A stretch of DNA of 64,000 nucleotides from Cenococcum geophilum (Eukaryota): NCBI GenBank assembly GCA_050273025.1, contig CP158636.1:9114001-9178000 (forward strand), in the 5' to 3' direction. The notes under the pieces are model-generated. The model was not told the DNA's origin and did not search any database. It saw nothing but the letters and a program-made list of their open reading frames with translations. The position numbers and the translations under genes are program-made. The first letter of the stretch is position 1; each line of letters opens with the position of its first letter. Shown piece after piece: positions 1 through 12,217 of this stretch.

Positions 1-3000
1 TAGTAAGGCGGTTAAGAGGCTAGGCGATTCTGCTATAGTTCTTAATAAAGTATTAGTAGAAGTTATAGAAACCTAAAAATAATTGTACCCCCTTTACGGT
101 CCGTAGGGGTATCCACTAGTTAATTACGGCTGTTTTCTCTAGGTTGGCCTTAATTCTGTCTATACTAGTAATAAACCCTAAGTACTTTATACACTTAACG
201 CTAAATTTTAACTTTTTAATATTAGCCTAGAGACTAGCCTTGTGGAGCCGTTATAGGACTTTATAGACATGCTCCTTATATTCCAGCTCGTTCTTAGAGT
301 AAATTATAATATTATCTAGGTAGGCCGTATAGAAGTTATTAAGGTAGTTAAAGAGTACATTATTTATATACCGCTCGTACGTAGCTAGTCCGTTAGTTAG
401 TCTAAAAGGAAGTATTTTATACTTATATATTCCGTAATAGGTCTAAAATATAGTAAGATCCTTAGACCCGGGGTTTATCCTAATTTAGTAAAAGGCCTAG
501 CGGATATTAAGCTTTATAAAGACCTTAGCTCTACTTATTTAGGTAAGAGTTTTATTAAATAAGGGTAGCGGATAGCGGTCCTTGTGGGTTGTTTTATTTA
601 GCTTATAGTAGTTAATATAAAAGCGCAGTCCTCTACTTGGCTTTTTAATAAAAAAAATAGGTAAGTTAAAAGGGGCTTGGCTAGACTTAATAAAGCCCTT
701 ATTTAGGTTGTTGATAAGGTACTACTTTGTAGCCTATAATTCGGCAAGAGACTGCGGGTAGAAAGGGCTAAAGCTAAGAGTGCTTCCCTTACCTTGCTTA
801 ATCTCAATCTTATAGTTATATAATTAGTAAGGCGGAAGTATATTGGACACTGCCTTAGAGAAGACGTCTTTAATTTTCTAGTATTAATTAGGTAGTTTTT
901 GTTCTACTAGTTTCTTATTTATAAGCTTACTTTTTTTTTCCTTAATTATTTAATTAATTTTATATAAACTAGTTATAAAGGTAACGGTATTAGGCTAAAC
1001 TAGGTTTTAATAGAATCCTATAGCGCTAGTATAGCAGATATTAACTAGTGGGAGGTCCGCAGGTCTCTTTAGCGTCTATTAGGCCATATTCTACAGTATA
1101 GGGTTTATAGTCTTCCTTAGCTTACGTTCCATTTTCTATAAGTTGTCCTTCCTATCTATTAGTTTAGTATAGCGTCTAATATTTCTAGCTTTTCTTTGTG
1201 GCTGTGTAGGGCCTAAGTTCTCTATAGGGGACTTAGTTAGGTTATTACTAACTTCCTAGGTCTCTAGTGCGGGCGGCGTATTATAGGTAGTTTAGGGGCG
1301 GCGTAGTATATAGATTTGTTGCGGGTTAAGCTATATATCCTTTTTAAAGGCCTAGTCCCTACGTATAGTATTAGCCTAGTAAATAGTATTAATCTAGGGT
1401 TATATAAGATTTTCTATTATAATGCTGATTTCTTTTATAAAGGCAGGGGTTAGGGGTAGGGTTTTAGGCTAGATAAGCCGTCTACTCTATATATCAAGCT
1501 ATAAGCCTAAATAGGCTAGCTATTTTCTCTTTAAAATTATATTATGGCTTCTTAGATCCGTAATAAGAAAGGGGATATTATATTACCTTTATCTATTAAC
1601 ACGGAGGTAAATCCGCAAGATAGTCGTAATAGGTAGTCCTATCCGCCCATTATACCCATAAATAGAAATTGGTTTAGGTAGTTCTTTAATAAGTATATTT
1701 AAAAAGTTATTTAGCTTTACGGCACACTAGGTATTTATTAAGGTAAAGGCATTTACTTTAGAGTTAGCTAAAGCAGAGGTTAAAACTTAATATTTATTAC
1801 GGAATAAAGTATAAGGGATAGTGTAGCTTCTTCTACTAACTAGCCAACCTAGATTAATATATAACATATTAATCCCTTTTAACCCTAGAGAGGAGTCTTT
1901 CTTTAGGGTTCCTCTTTTTCTAACCCCGCACTATCCTCCTAGATTAATAGAACTTCGTCCCTTTTTATATTTATTAGGTAGTCTTTTATAATATAGCCCT
2001 TTTAGCCATAAGAGAAGCAGGCGCCTTAATTGCTAAGGGCCTATATACGGGGGCTGCCGTATATAGGCCAAGCATTCGCCGGACCTACGGCAGGACTAGC
2101 CGTATAGCTAGCTACTATATTAGCGGTGGGCTGTATAGCTAGTACTATAGGAGTTACCAATTATACTAGGGCACTACGGGCCGTTCTTGCGTTGCTTATA
2201 GTCTAATTTAGAGAGTTTCTAGCTTTATACCGTTTAGCACGTACCTTAATTTAATAGAGGCCTTAGTTAATAGCTAAGCACTAATTTATAAGTTCCTTTA
2301 GCATCTATACAGTAGTAAAAACTAGTAGTATAGCCCGCTGCAGATCTAGGGTAAGCTTATTAAATAGGTCTGGCATTAAATCTTCCTAGGGAATTTGGGC
2401 CTAGCCGGCTAGGTATAAAAAGCGGGTCTAAAAGGCCAAAAAGGTCTCCGTTGTTTTTATATTTAGGCCTTTATAATTAAGGCGGGCGTTTTATACCTTA
2501 AAAGGGTCCTTATAAATAGAAGATAAGTAATTAATTATTTCTTCTTTAGAGGTAAAAGGGTTTACTAAGTCCTCGGTATATTACGGGCGTAGGTACGTCT
2601 AGGCGTCCCTATTAGTACGGCTAAAGATATAGGCTATTTAGGCCTAAGGGGTAGGAAAGTAGTTGGTATTAATTTTAAGCTTATCCTATAGTTAGAGCTT
2701 CTAGTTATTAAATATAGGGTTTGTTCCGTCTATAAGTAATAAGGGATCCGCAACCTTTATAGACTGCGATAGTGCTATATAGGGCTTAGTGGGTCCGCTA
2801 AGGCGCTAGGATAGGGCCTTAAGGACCATAGCAAGTCTCTAGGTATTTAATAATTTGTTACTAGATACGGAAGCAAGGGTATCTCTAGCTTTAAGCAGCT
2901 CTTATAGTTATTTAATTTTAGTATTAGCTGCTACTAGCTCTGCCTAGCGGTTTAAAATATTAACTATTTTATTATCTAAGGTATTTAAAAGTCCTATAGC

Positions 3001-3078
3001 TGCTTTACTAGCTGCTATATTTCTTAGTATAGTAGTAGGTATATATTAGGACCCTAAGGCCCTAAGGGTATATAGTAA
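1..3078 (-). mobile_element. RIP-degraded Ty3/Gypsy element A, fragment (gag-protease-RT; runs off left edge, 5' end replaced by element B)
   Basis: Minus strand reads FYTAYLDNIIIYS (RT YLDD motif, ~300-335) and KGFIKSSQAPFNLP (~660-700). Protease-like ALANSKVNAF near 1750-1780 and gag at ~1900-3040. Gag is homologous to 39626-40490. Confidence 0.85.
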
Positions 3079-3246
3079 TGTAATAACAGCAGCGGGATAT
3101 AAGGAGTATCTGGTTCTTAATAAAGTAGAACTATAGAACTAAATTCTGCTGTTCTCTAATATAGGGCGACTATATTTTATAGGCGCCTCGCCTACGCCTC
3201 GCCTACGCTAAGCCGGTTACGGCTAGTGCGTCTCTATAGCCTAATA
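3079..3246 (-). repeat. 3' LTR of Gypsy B
   Basis: Bounded by TGTAAT (3079) and CTAATA (RIP of CTAACA, 3246), directly adjacent to the polypurine tract. Partner LTR is not in the window. Confidence 0.65.
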
Positions 3247-3517
3247 ATTGCCCCCCCCCCTTCTTAAGCGGCTGTCCTTAGCCGACGCTATTATATAATA
3301 GGAGTGCTATTGTCCTTCGCTAAATAAAAAGTATTTAATAAAATTTATGTAAATTAGATAATAGGATAATAAAATAATAGGATAATAAGACGCTAGGACC
3401 CTATAGAGATCTATAAAGGTAAAAGTTCCCACTTAGGTAGGATATTAGATTTCCCTTCTAATTTTATTTTAATTTATTTAGCTTATAACTTACCTTCTTT
3501 ATAATTTCTAATTAATT

Positions 3518-4320
3518 ATAAATTACAAGCGCTAAGCCGCCGGTTTACCTACTCGCGAGCCTTCCGTAAGTATTCTTTATACTAGCTTATAGCTGTCGCT
3601 AACCCTACTAGGCGCTATTAAAGCTCCTATACCGCTTATAAGCCGCTCCCCTAGCCTTACTAGAACTAATCTACCTCCGCTACGCTAAGCGTATAGCCAC
3701 TACTAGGCGGGCCACCTACGGTAAGTAGGCTAACTATAATTACGGGTACTATTAACGACTAAATAAGTTATACTAAGTAGTAAGTCTAAATGCGTTAGTT
3801 TAGGTTTTAATAGCTAATAGACTAGGTCCCTAAAGCCTTTTATAGCCGCCTAAATAAGCTACTCGCCCTTACTAATAGGGCTAAGCGCTAGCGGGTTACT
3901 GGCGGGGATACAGCTAACCTTAACGCTCGCGTTACTGCCGCCTAAACGTCCTTTATAAAGGATGTTAAGGCCTTAATACGCACTAGCACTAAGCACAGTC
4001 TCTACTAGCGCCTAAAGGGTAAAGACTTTCCCCTACTCTAAGTACAGGAATTATAGGCCATCTATTATACCCTTAAAGGGATTTTTAACGTAATGCGTGC
4101 TTTAGTACATGTTATAACATAGGTGTTTTGCCGGCGTAATATATGCTAACAGTTCTTATAGGCTAATATGCCTCCTATTATAAGGGATAAGGAGGAGGAT
4201 AAGGGTAAGGAGGATAAGGAGGAGGGAGAGGAGGAGGAGGATAAAAAGGAGGGAGAGGAGGAGGAGGATAAGAAGGGAGATAAAGGGGAGTAGGAGATGG
4301 AGGAGTTGTTAGAGCTATAG
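3518..4320 (+). pseudogene. Antisense 4-exon gene in Gypsy B 3' region: Zn2Cys6-like domain, helical middle, acidic tail (RIP-inactivated)
   Basis: Exons 3518-3565, 3612-3779, 3826-4104, 4162-4320. Three phase-0 introns (GTAAGT..GCTAAC..TAG, GTAAGT..GCTAAT..TAG, GTACAT..GCTAAC..TAG) keep one frame. De-RIP exon 2 reads LICLRCAKRIATAGRATCGKQANRNCGYCQRLNKSC. Exon 4 is E/D-rich. Confidence 0.75.
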
Positions 4321-7300
4321 ATTATCTATATTTCTATTAGCATACTACTATTACTCCACTGTCGTTCTATTATCGCCCCGCTAGTAGGGTATAATCCTAA
4401 TTATAATTAAAAGTTTTCAGTTCTCCCACCTACTTTCTTTTCTATTTACCCCTTAGGGTAAAGTAACTATTATATATCTCCTTTGCATCCTTATTAATGT
4501 CCTCTACTAGGACCTATTTATTATACTTTTTTAGCTAGCCTTTTTACTTAACTAGGTACTATAGGGTCTAGTTATATCCCTTCCTTCTATATACTTCTTC
4601 TACCTTATATTAGTCCTCTTAGTCCTTTTAATTGTCTAGCTTAATAGGCCCTAGTAGAGGGTCTCTAGTAGTGCCCTTATATTATTTATATAGCTCTAGC
4701 AAGCTAATATAGAATATAAGGTGGATATAGTAAGATATAGGTAGATATAGCTAGTATACTTACTTTCTAACTAGTTCGGCTATACTAAAAGGTTCAATAA
4801 AGCGTGCTATAAGTTTCTTACTTGGCCTTTTTAGTTTAAGGTTCTTAGTTAATAGCAAGACTAGATCCCCTACTTTATATACCTATAGTTAGTAATAACG
4901 ATTATAGTATTTTATCTACGCCTTGGCGGCGTGCTCCTAGCGTTTTACTAACGCTTCGCGTTTAATATATATTTTTTAAATTTTTTTAGAGACGGCTAGA
5001 ATATAACTACTATTGTCTGCCTAAACCTTATATTCTAAATATAGGTAAAACCTATAGTAGGTATAGAACGGGCTTATACCTATTATGCTATATTTAGTAT
5101 TATTATAGGCAAATTTGGCTAGCAATAAAAGGCCTACCTAGTTACTCTACTTTTTGTTATAGAATATATAAAGGTAATACTCTAGGGTTCAGTTCTGGCG
5201 TTCTATTTACCCGTCTATTTATAGGTAAAAGGCCGTACTTAGCCTACGTTTTATCTTTGTAGCAAAGCATAGCTCCAACTAAAACTTACTAGTAAAGATA
5301 CTGCCGCGATTAAATATAATCCCCCTAGGGGCTCTAAAACGGCGTACTACTTTATTAAGGAAGAGATCCGCGAGTTTAGTTATAGTAATAGTTTTTACTA
5401 TAGGCAGATATAAGGCCATCTTAGTATAGCGGTTGACTATTATATATATTACATTATACACCTTATCGCCTTATTTACTAGGCGGTAGGCCTATAATAAA
5501 GTCTATTATAATCTCCTACTATAGCTAGTCCGGGTAAGGTAGCGCTTAAAGCTTACTATAAGGGCGATATTAAGGCGTATATATACGTTAGCATATATCG
5601 CAGGTAGAGATATAGTTTGCAACGTCTACATTTATATTAAGCTAGTAGTACTTACGTAAAAGGAGATCTAGAGTCTTTTTCTCACTAAAGTGGCTAGCTA
5701 GGGCATTATTATAGTGGATCTGTAAGAGCTTTATATAAATTACTAGGTCTAGGAGTATATATAACCTCCTATAGTAATAAAGTGGTCTAGCGGAATTAAA
5801 CTGCTATACTAGCTTTAAGCAGGCGCGTTAACGGTGTCTTGCAGTATCTATACTGTTGCTACGCTTTTATAGTATAAAGTTATCTTTAGTCTAAAGTCCT
5901 TTAATAAGCTTAATAACTGTTTCTATACTAAACTTATAAGTACTCTCTTAAGTACTAGCTTCTCTAACTTAGGTTCTTATTATACGCTACTTAATAGTAT
6001 ATATATAGGTTGCCTAGTTAAACCGTAATACTATATAGCCTAGGCGTACTGCTGTTAGGTTACTAGCTTATAGCTATAGAAATAATACCTCTATAGAAGG
6101 CTCGCTTTCTTATATACCTAATAGGACTTTTACTTTAGGTTAGTGGCCCTATATTCCTAAAGTCCTTTAAAGTAATGGTAGTATAATATCTTCTTCTAGC
6201 GGACCCCCTACACCTAGGGTTCGCCTTAACGGCGCGTCTATAGGGTTTATTTTTCCCGCCCTATACTTAATAATAAAGTTATAGGTAGCTAATACTAGAG
6301 CCTATTTAGCTTGCCGTCTTAAGGGCTTTTACTTTTATAAAACCCTTTAGATTATTATAATCTATAAACACTTCTAGGCGGCTTAATAGCCCCTTAATAT
6401 AGTGTCTCTAATGCTTAAAAGCCTCTATAATAGCTAGTAGCTCCTAATTATAGGTCTTATAATTACGCTCTACTAGTAAAAACTTCCTAGACTAAAAGGC
6501 TATCTTTAAACAGCTATAATATAATTACTGCTAGGCCTTATATAGAGGCATTAGTCTCTAACCAGGTTAGGAAGCCCGGCGTATAGTATTATAGGAGCGG
6601 CGCTATTATAAAGGCGTTGTAGAGCTAGCGTATTACCTACTCCGCCTCTTCTAGCTAACTAAAAGGCCCAGCTTTACGGCCGTTCTTTACTCCGTCAAGG
6701 AGATTAGTAATAGGCTTTATAATAGTAGAATACTTATAGATAAACTAGTAATAGAAGTTAGTAAAACCTAGGAAGACCTAGACATCCCTATAGAATTAAG
6801 GGCTCTTTTACTTAGTAATAGCTTCTACCTGGCTAGGATCTATCGCTACGCCTTTAGGACTAATAATATATCCTAGAAACTTAACCTCTTATACGCCAAA
6901 TCTACACTTCTTAAGGTTTGTATACAGTTAATATTGCTATAACCTATATAGCACTTCTAGTACGTGGCGCTAGTATTCCTCTAGATTTTCTAAGAATATT
7001 AGAATATTATTAAGGTAGACTATATAGAAGACATCTACTAGTTCTAATAAGGCTCAATTAATATAGCCCTAAAAGGTTACTAGTCCATTAGTTAACCCAA
7101 AAGGTAAAACTAAATACTTAAAGTGGCCGTAACGCGTACGGAACGCCATCTTCTACTTATTACCCTAATAGATACAAAGGCGGTAGTACGCATTTATTAG
7201 GTCTAACTTAGTAAAGATCTTAAAACCTACTAAGCGGTCTAAGGTCTTACTAATTAATAGTAATATAAGACAATTCTTAATTATTACCTTATTAAGGCCT

Positions 7301-8639
7301 CTGTAGTCTATATAAAGCCATAACTTCCTATCCTTTTTTAGTATAAATAGGGTAGGTGCCCTTGCGGGACTAGTACTTAGTTAAATCTAGCCTTTAGCTA
7401 AAGCATTATCTAAGTACTCCCTTAGTACCTCTAGCTCCTTAACTAAAAGGTTATAAAGTAGTCTATATAGGACCTCCTATCCCTCTTCTAGGTCAATAGT
7501 ATAGTCGCCCTAGTAGTATTAGGGTAGCTTTCCTACTTCCTCCTATAAGAAGATATTGCTAGCTTTTTTTAACTATAGGGGAAGAACTAGTAAGCTGCCG
7601 TTATTTTATTTACTAGGTATTAATCTAGTAATCACTAGGGCAAAGACCCTAGATTCCCTCTAGAGAGACTTTATAAAACCTTTAGGGGTTTATAGTAATA
7701 GGGATAAGCCATCTAGCTTCTATTGCCACGCCTTCGCCTTATAGTTAATAAAAAGTTAGGCCTTCTTTAACCCTGGCATACCTAGGGTAATAGTGTGGGA
7801 TGCGTTAGCCATTTTATAGTAGACAAAAGTTACTTCCCTAATCCTACCCCAGCTATCCTTTATTTATAATAATACCTTATAGACTTTATAGTAATATATC
7901 TAAGTTTTATTTAACTAGAAGTAGGTAGGTAATTCTATATTTAGTATTTTAAAGTTACTCTCTATTACAAATTGCTAATTAATTATATTTACTTCGGCGC
8001 CAAAATTAAGCATTACTAAGGTCTCCTTCTAGGTCTGCTTAGATAGGACTTCTCCTAAGATAGTAATAGCTTATACCCTATAGGTATAAGGGGCTCCAAA
8101 AGCACCTACCTTTTTCTAGCATAAAAATGGCGTTTACGCTACTTAGCGGCGGCTAGTACTATTATAGCTCTAGGTACTATCGCCACTAATATTTTAGCTT
8201 ACTACAATTTTTGCAGTTCCCCTTAGGTTAGGTTAGGCCCCTAGCGGTATTACTTCGCCCCGCCATTACGTCGCTAGCGGTGGTTTTAGAGTCTACTTTC
8301 CCTAAGTTACCTAATATAGTGGTCTTTATATTTAAGTTCGCGGCGCGCCTATTACCTCTAGCCTATAGGGCGCTTACGCTCTTCTAGTTTTCCTTTAATA
8401 GAGCAGCTAGGGAAGTAAGCTAATCTTAAGTTTATAGAAATTCCTAATAGTTAGTAACCGTAAGCCGTAGCTCTAGCCGTAGCTTCGCAAATAGGTATAT
8501 TATTAGATGCTTTATATTATAGGAAAAATTAATTTATACTTTTAAGGAGGTTAGGTAAGCAGTAAAGCCATTTATAGGTTAATTGGTTTACTATATTACC
8601 CTTATATAGGTTAGGGCTATATATAGTTCTTAATTAATA

Positions 8640-8908
8640 TATCAGGAAAAATTTTTTTAGGCGCGTTGTTGCAAACGAAAATCGGGGTCTGCAAAACCTG
8701 CGTAAGTCGCAATTTTGGCAATTTGCGGCGATTTGCAGCAATTTGCTACAAACACATAGGCTACCTATGCACGCGCCTGCCCTATCTATGTGTTTATAGC
8801 AAATTGCTGCAAATTGCCGCAAATGCTAAAATTGCGACTTACGCCTGCAGGTTTTGCAGACCCCGATTTTCGCTTGCAACAACGTGCCTAAACAAAAAAA
8901 TCCTAATG
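8640..8908. repeat. Fold-back inverted repeat, arms of about 120 bp
   Basis: 8640-8760 is the near reverse complement of 8786-8908 (e.g. AAAATCGGGGTCTGCAAAACCTGC / GCAGGTTTTGCAGACCCCGATTTT), with a loop of about 25 nt. Confidence 0.9.
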
Positions 8909-8909
8909 C

Positions 8910-9640
8910 AGAGGCTCTGCACAAGGCTCTACACAAAGCTCTGCACGAAGCTCTGCACAAAGCTCTACACAAAGCTCTGCACGAAGCTCTATACGAAGCT
9001 CTATACGAAGCTCTACACGAAGCTCTATACGAAGCTCTACACGAAGCTCTATACGAAGCTCTATACAAAGCTCTATACGAAGCTCTACACGAAGCTTTAC
9101 ACGAAGCTCTATATAAAGCTTTGCACGATGCTCTATACAAAGCTCTATATAAAGCTTTATATAAAGCTTTACACGAGGCTCTATACGAGGCTCTATATAA
9201 AGCTCTATGTATAGAGGCTCTGTATAAGGCTCTATATAAAGCTCTATATAAAGCTCTGTATAAAGCTCTATATAAAGCTCTGTATAAAGCTCTATACAAA
9301 GCTCTATATAAAGTTCTATACAAAGCTTTGCACAAGGCTCTATATAAGGCTTTATATAAAGCTCTATATATAAAGGCTCTGTATAAGGCTCTATATAAAG
9401 CTTTATATAAAGCTCTACACAAAACTCTATATAAAGCTCTATATAAAGCTTTATATAAAGCTTTATACAAAGCTTTACATAAGGCTCTATATAAGGCTCT
9501 ATACGAAGCTCTATATAAAGCTTTATATAAGGCTTTATATAAAGCTTTACACGAAGCTCTATATATAAAGGCCCTATATAAGGCTTTACGTAAAGCTCTA
9601 CGTACGGAGGCTCTATACAAAGCTCTATATAAAGCCTTTA
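8910..9640. repeat. 12-bp minisatellite, consensus AAGCTCT(A/G)(C/T)A(C/T)(A/G)
   Basis: About 60 tandem units. They generate the ALYK, LYTK and ALYR ORFs in the track. Confidence 0.95.
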
Positions 9641-9794
9641 TATATACGCGCGATATATTACTATTAGGTCCCCACTATATTCCTAATAGCCTTTATATAT
9701 ACCTCTACTAAGTATACCCCCTATATACACCTAGGTAGCCACCTTATTTTTTATCCTTTCTTATATCCTCCCTACCTAGGAAGACACCAGAACG

Positions 9795-10175
9795 ACAGCT
9801 AGTAGACAACCGTTACCGAAGCTAGATAACTATCGCTAGAGCTAGATAACTGTTGCCGGAGCTAGACGACTGTTGTTAAAGCTAGATAACCGTCACCAGA
9901 GCTAGATAATTGTCGTTAGAGCTAAATAACCGTCGCTAGAGCTAGATAACCGTCGCTAAAGCTAGATAACCGTCAGAGCTAGATAACTGTTAGAGCCAGA
10001 CAACCGTTGTTAGAGCTAGACAACCGTTGCTAGAGCTAGATAACCGTCGCCAGAGCTAGACGACCGTCATTAGAGCTAGACGACCGTCGCCAGAGCTAGA
10101 TAACCGTCGCTAGAACTAGACAACCGTCAGAGCTAGACGACTATCGTTATTGCTATATAACCGTCGCCAGAGCCA
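9795..10175. repeat. 21-bp minisatellite (CCAGAGCTAGACGACCGTCG-like)
   Basis: Tandem GAGCTAGATAACCGTCGCTA/CCAG units. Reverse complement of the array at 32585-33062. Confidence 0.9.
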
Positions 10176-10244
10176 TATAATAACCGTTTAAATAACTAGC
10201 CAGCGAACACGATAAACAATTCGATTAATTAATTGAATTAAGGT

Positions 10245-10440
10245 AATATAGATAGGTAGGTATAGATAGGTAGGTATAGACAGATAAATAGATAGGTAGG
10301 TAGGTAAATAAGTAGGCAGGTAGGTAGGTAGGTAGGTAGGTAAATAGGTAGGTAGATAGGTAGATAGGTAGGCAGGCAGGTAGGTAGGCAGGTAAGTAGG
10401 TAGGCAGGTAGGCGAGCAGGCGGGTAGGTAGATAGGTAGA
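10245..10440. repeat. (AGGT/AGGC)n tetranucleotide array
   Basis: GGTAGGTAGGCAGG runs. Reverse complement of the (CCTA/CCTG)n array at 32320-32480. Confidence 0.9.
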
Positions 10441-11010
10441 TAATTTAGAGCCTCTGTAAGAGGCTTCCCCCTTAATGCCTAAAGTAGATAGCTCTATATT
10501 TTATATAGTTATAATATAAATATATCTAAAAGTATACTATAGAAATCTATAGAAATATATAATAATTTGGTTATTATATAATATAATTATAATTTAGTTA
10601 CAATTTATATAGTTACAATTTATATAGTTTTTACAATTTATACAGTTTTTACAATTTATATAATTTGTACAGTTTGCGCACTATTTATTTATAGGGGTAG
10701 CATTTTGCCGCAATTTGCTATTAGGTGCTGCAATTTTATTATAAAACGTACGTTTTGCGTAAATTGCTATTAACTATATCTACCTGCCGTAAACCGCAAC
10801 AATAAGCCCTAAAAAAAATTTCCTAATATAGGGGCCCTAGATTAATTAACCTATTTTATTAATAAATAGCTCTATATAAACTATCTAACAGTTATAAGCC
10901 TAGTCCGCCAACTTAAGAAGCTATTTAGCTATTACTTAATTATTTAAAGAAATTCTACCTTATTGTTAGACTTTAACACCTTATCGTTATAAGACGACCC
11001 TAATTAAAAT

Positions 11011-11436
11011 TGTAACAGAACCTTGTAGCAGGAACTACGATAGGCTCGTTAATAGGCTAGGTGTATAGGAAATGCAAAGATAGTAGTTAATAACGTAATA
11101 ATAACTAGTGGAGTGGTTGCTTAATAGATTAACTCTAATTATATTCTAAGAATTACTATAAGAAAGGAACTATCTAGGTAGGGATTAAGGGTCCTTAAAT
11201 ACACAACCGTACTCTTATAAAATCCTTCTTGTACGTAATATACATGCGCTTTATCTACTCTGCCGCGGATTACGCAGATCCTCTAGATTATACAGATCAC
11301 ATTATATAACCTCGGTTACTATTCCTCGTTACATAGTTCTATCGGCTCTATCCTAGACCGTGCCTATATTAACTAACTAGCTTCTTTTGTCTTTTCTCTA
11401 AGTAGTTGTAATATTATACTTAAAGCGTCCGTAACA
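11011..11436 (-). repeat. 3' LTR of Gypsy C
   Basis: TGTAAC...GTAACA. Direct repeat of 18563-18988. Confidence 0.95.
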
Positions 11437-11544
11437 CCATCTCCCTTCTCTCTATCTTCGTCCTTAAAGATTTAAAACATCTCTAAGTCGTTTACTAGAG
11501 GTATAATATCCGTCTAATTAATTTAGTTAATATTATTACTTATT

Positions 11545-12217
11545 ATACCTAAAGCAATTTCTTTGTCTTTAACTACTCGTCATACTCGCACTATAGCTGC
11601 GATATTGTCTCTTAGTAAGATTATACCGTCTTTATATTCTTATTGTTTGAAAAAGGGGCTAGTCTATATTATATTAGTAAGTCCATCTTTATAACAACCG
11701 TCTTTTTACTTAGAGTACACTAAAGCAAATATTCCTTTGTTTTATAACATTCGCTCTATCTCTAATGCTAAATATATACAACCTATTACTCTTAATAGTC
11801 GTCTAGTTCCCTAATTAATTTGTTTTAAGGTCTTGTGTTTAATTTATTACTACGCAGCTAGATAATAAACTGTCTATTACTCTAGCGGAGTTACGCCGTT
11901 TTTATAATGCTAAACGAGAGGCTGCTAATGCTTAATAACGGGCCCTTAAGTCTTATCTTGCGGCGTCTACTCAGCTAATCCATCTTAAGAAGGTTTGTAA
12001 GAAGGTTCGTTTTAAGGAGTAGAAACTTATAAAATAAGGTTTATAGGAACTTAGCAATAAAAGAACGGATTCTCTTTTAATAGAGAAGGAAACAGATCTA
12101 AGTAGTTTAGCAACTACTCTTCTTAGGTCCCCCTTAGGTAACTTATTCTTTAGCAATCCTTCTTTATTAATACTACCTAACCTAATTTCTTCTAATACTC
12201 CTATACCTTTCTTATAG
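11545..12217 (+). pseudogene. Antisense Zn2Cys6-like plus coiled-coil ORF in Gypsy C 3' region (RIP-inactivated)
   Basis: 11635-11745 de-RIPs to CSRC-LEKGLV-C-x13-CSEC-x8-C (five Cys now Tyr, TGY>TAY). After a probable intron ~11774-11828 a helical frame follows (QLDNKLSITLAELRR...LIHLKKVCKKVRFKE). Confidence 0.6.

Larger units (their letters stand above)
3079..8639 (-). mobile_element. RIP-degraded chromodomain-bearing Ty3/Gypsy element B, 5'-truncated
   Basis: 3' LTR 3079-3246 is preceded on the minus strand by PPT AAGAAGGGGGGGGGG (3251-3265). Chromodomain YLVK(W)KG(W) ~4480-4620, integrase (ORF 5279-5461 VIYIIVNRYTKMALY...IIFNRGSIFTSKF), RNase H ~6200-6650, RT VYLNN(DD) ~7005-7020, protease ~7800-8020, gag remnant to 8639. 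Confidence 0.88.
8640..10828. mobile_element. Non-autonomous TIR-bounded element packed with minisatellites, copy 1
   Basis: Left end (c/t)ATCAGGAAAAATTTTTTTAGGCGCGTTGTTGC. Right end GCAACAATAAGCCCTAAAAAAAATTTCCTAAT(a/g) is its imperfect reverse complement. Internal modules are homologous, in inverted orientation, to 31906-33611. Confidence 0.65.

Noticed and set aside
8666..9711. Three long overlapping ORFs (182, 264 and 285 aa) with ALYK/LYTK/ALYR repeats
   Set aside because: They are translations of a stop-free 12-bp minisatellite and are open on both strands. There is no evidence of a real protein.
9795..10175. CRISPR-like look of the 21-bp repeats (also 32585-33062)
   Set aside because: The units are contiguous with no unique spacers, there are no cas genes, and the context is eukaryotic.
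11971..12156. Small track ORFs 11971-12156, 21704-21922, 59598-59786 and 61782-62045 as host genes
   Set aside because: All lie within LTRs or retroelement bodies, are short and lack motifs. 11971-12156 is antisense to the Zn-cluster frame.
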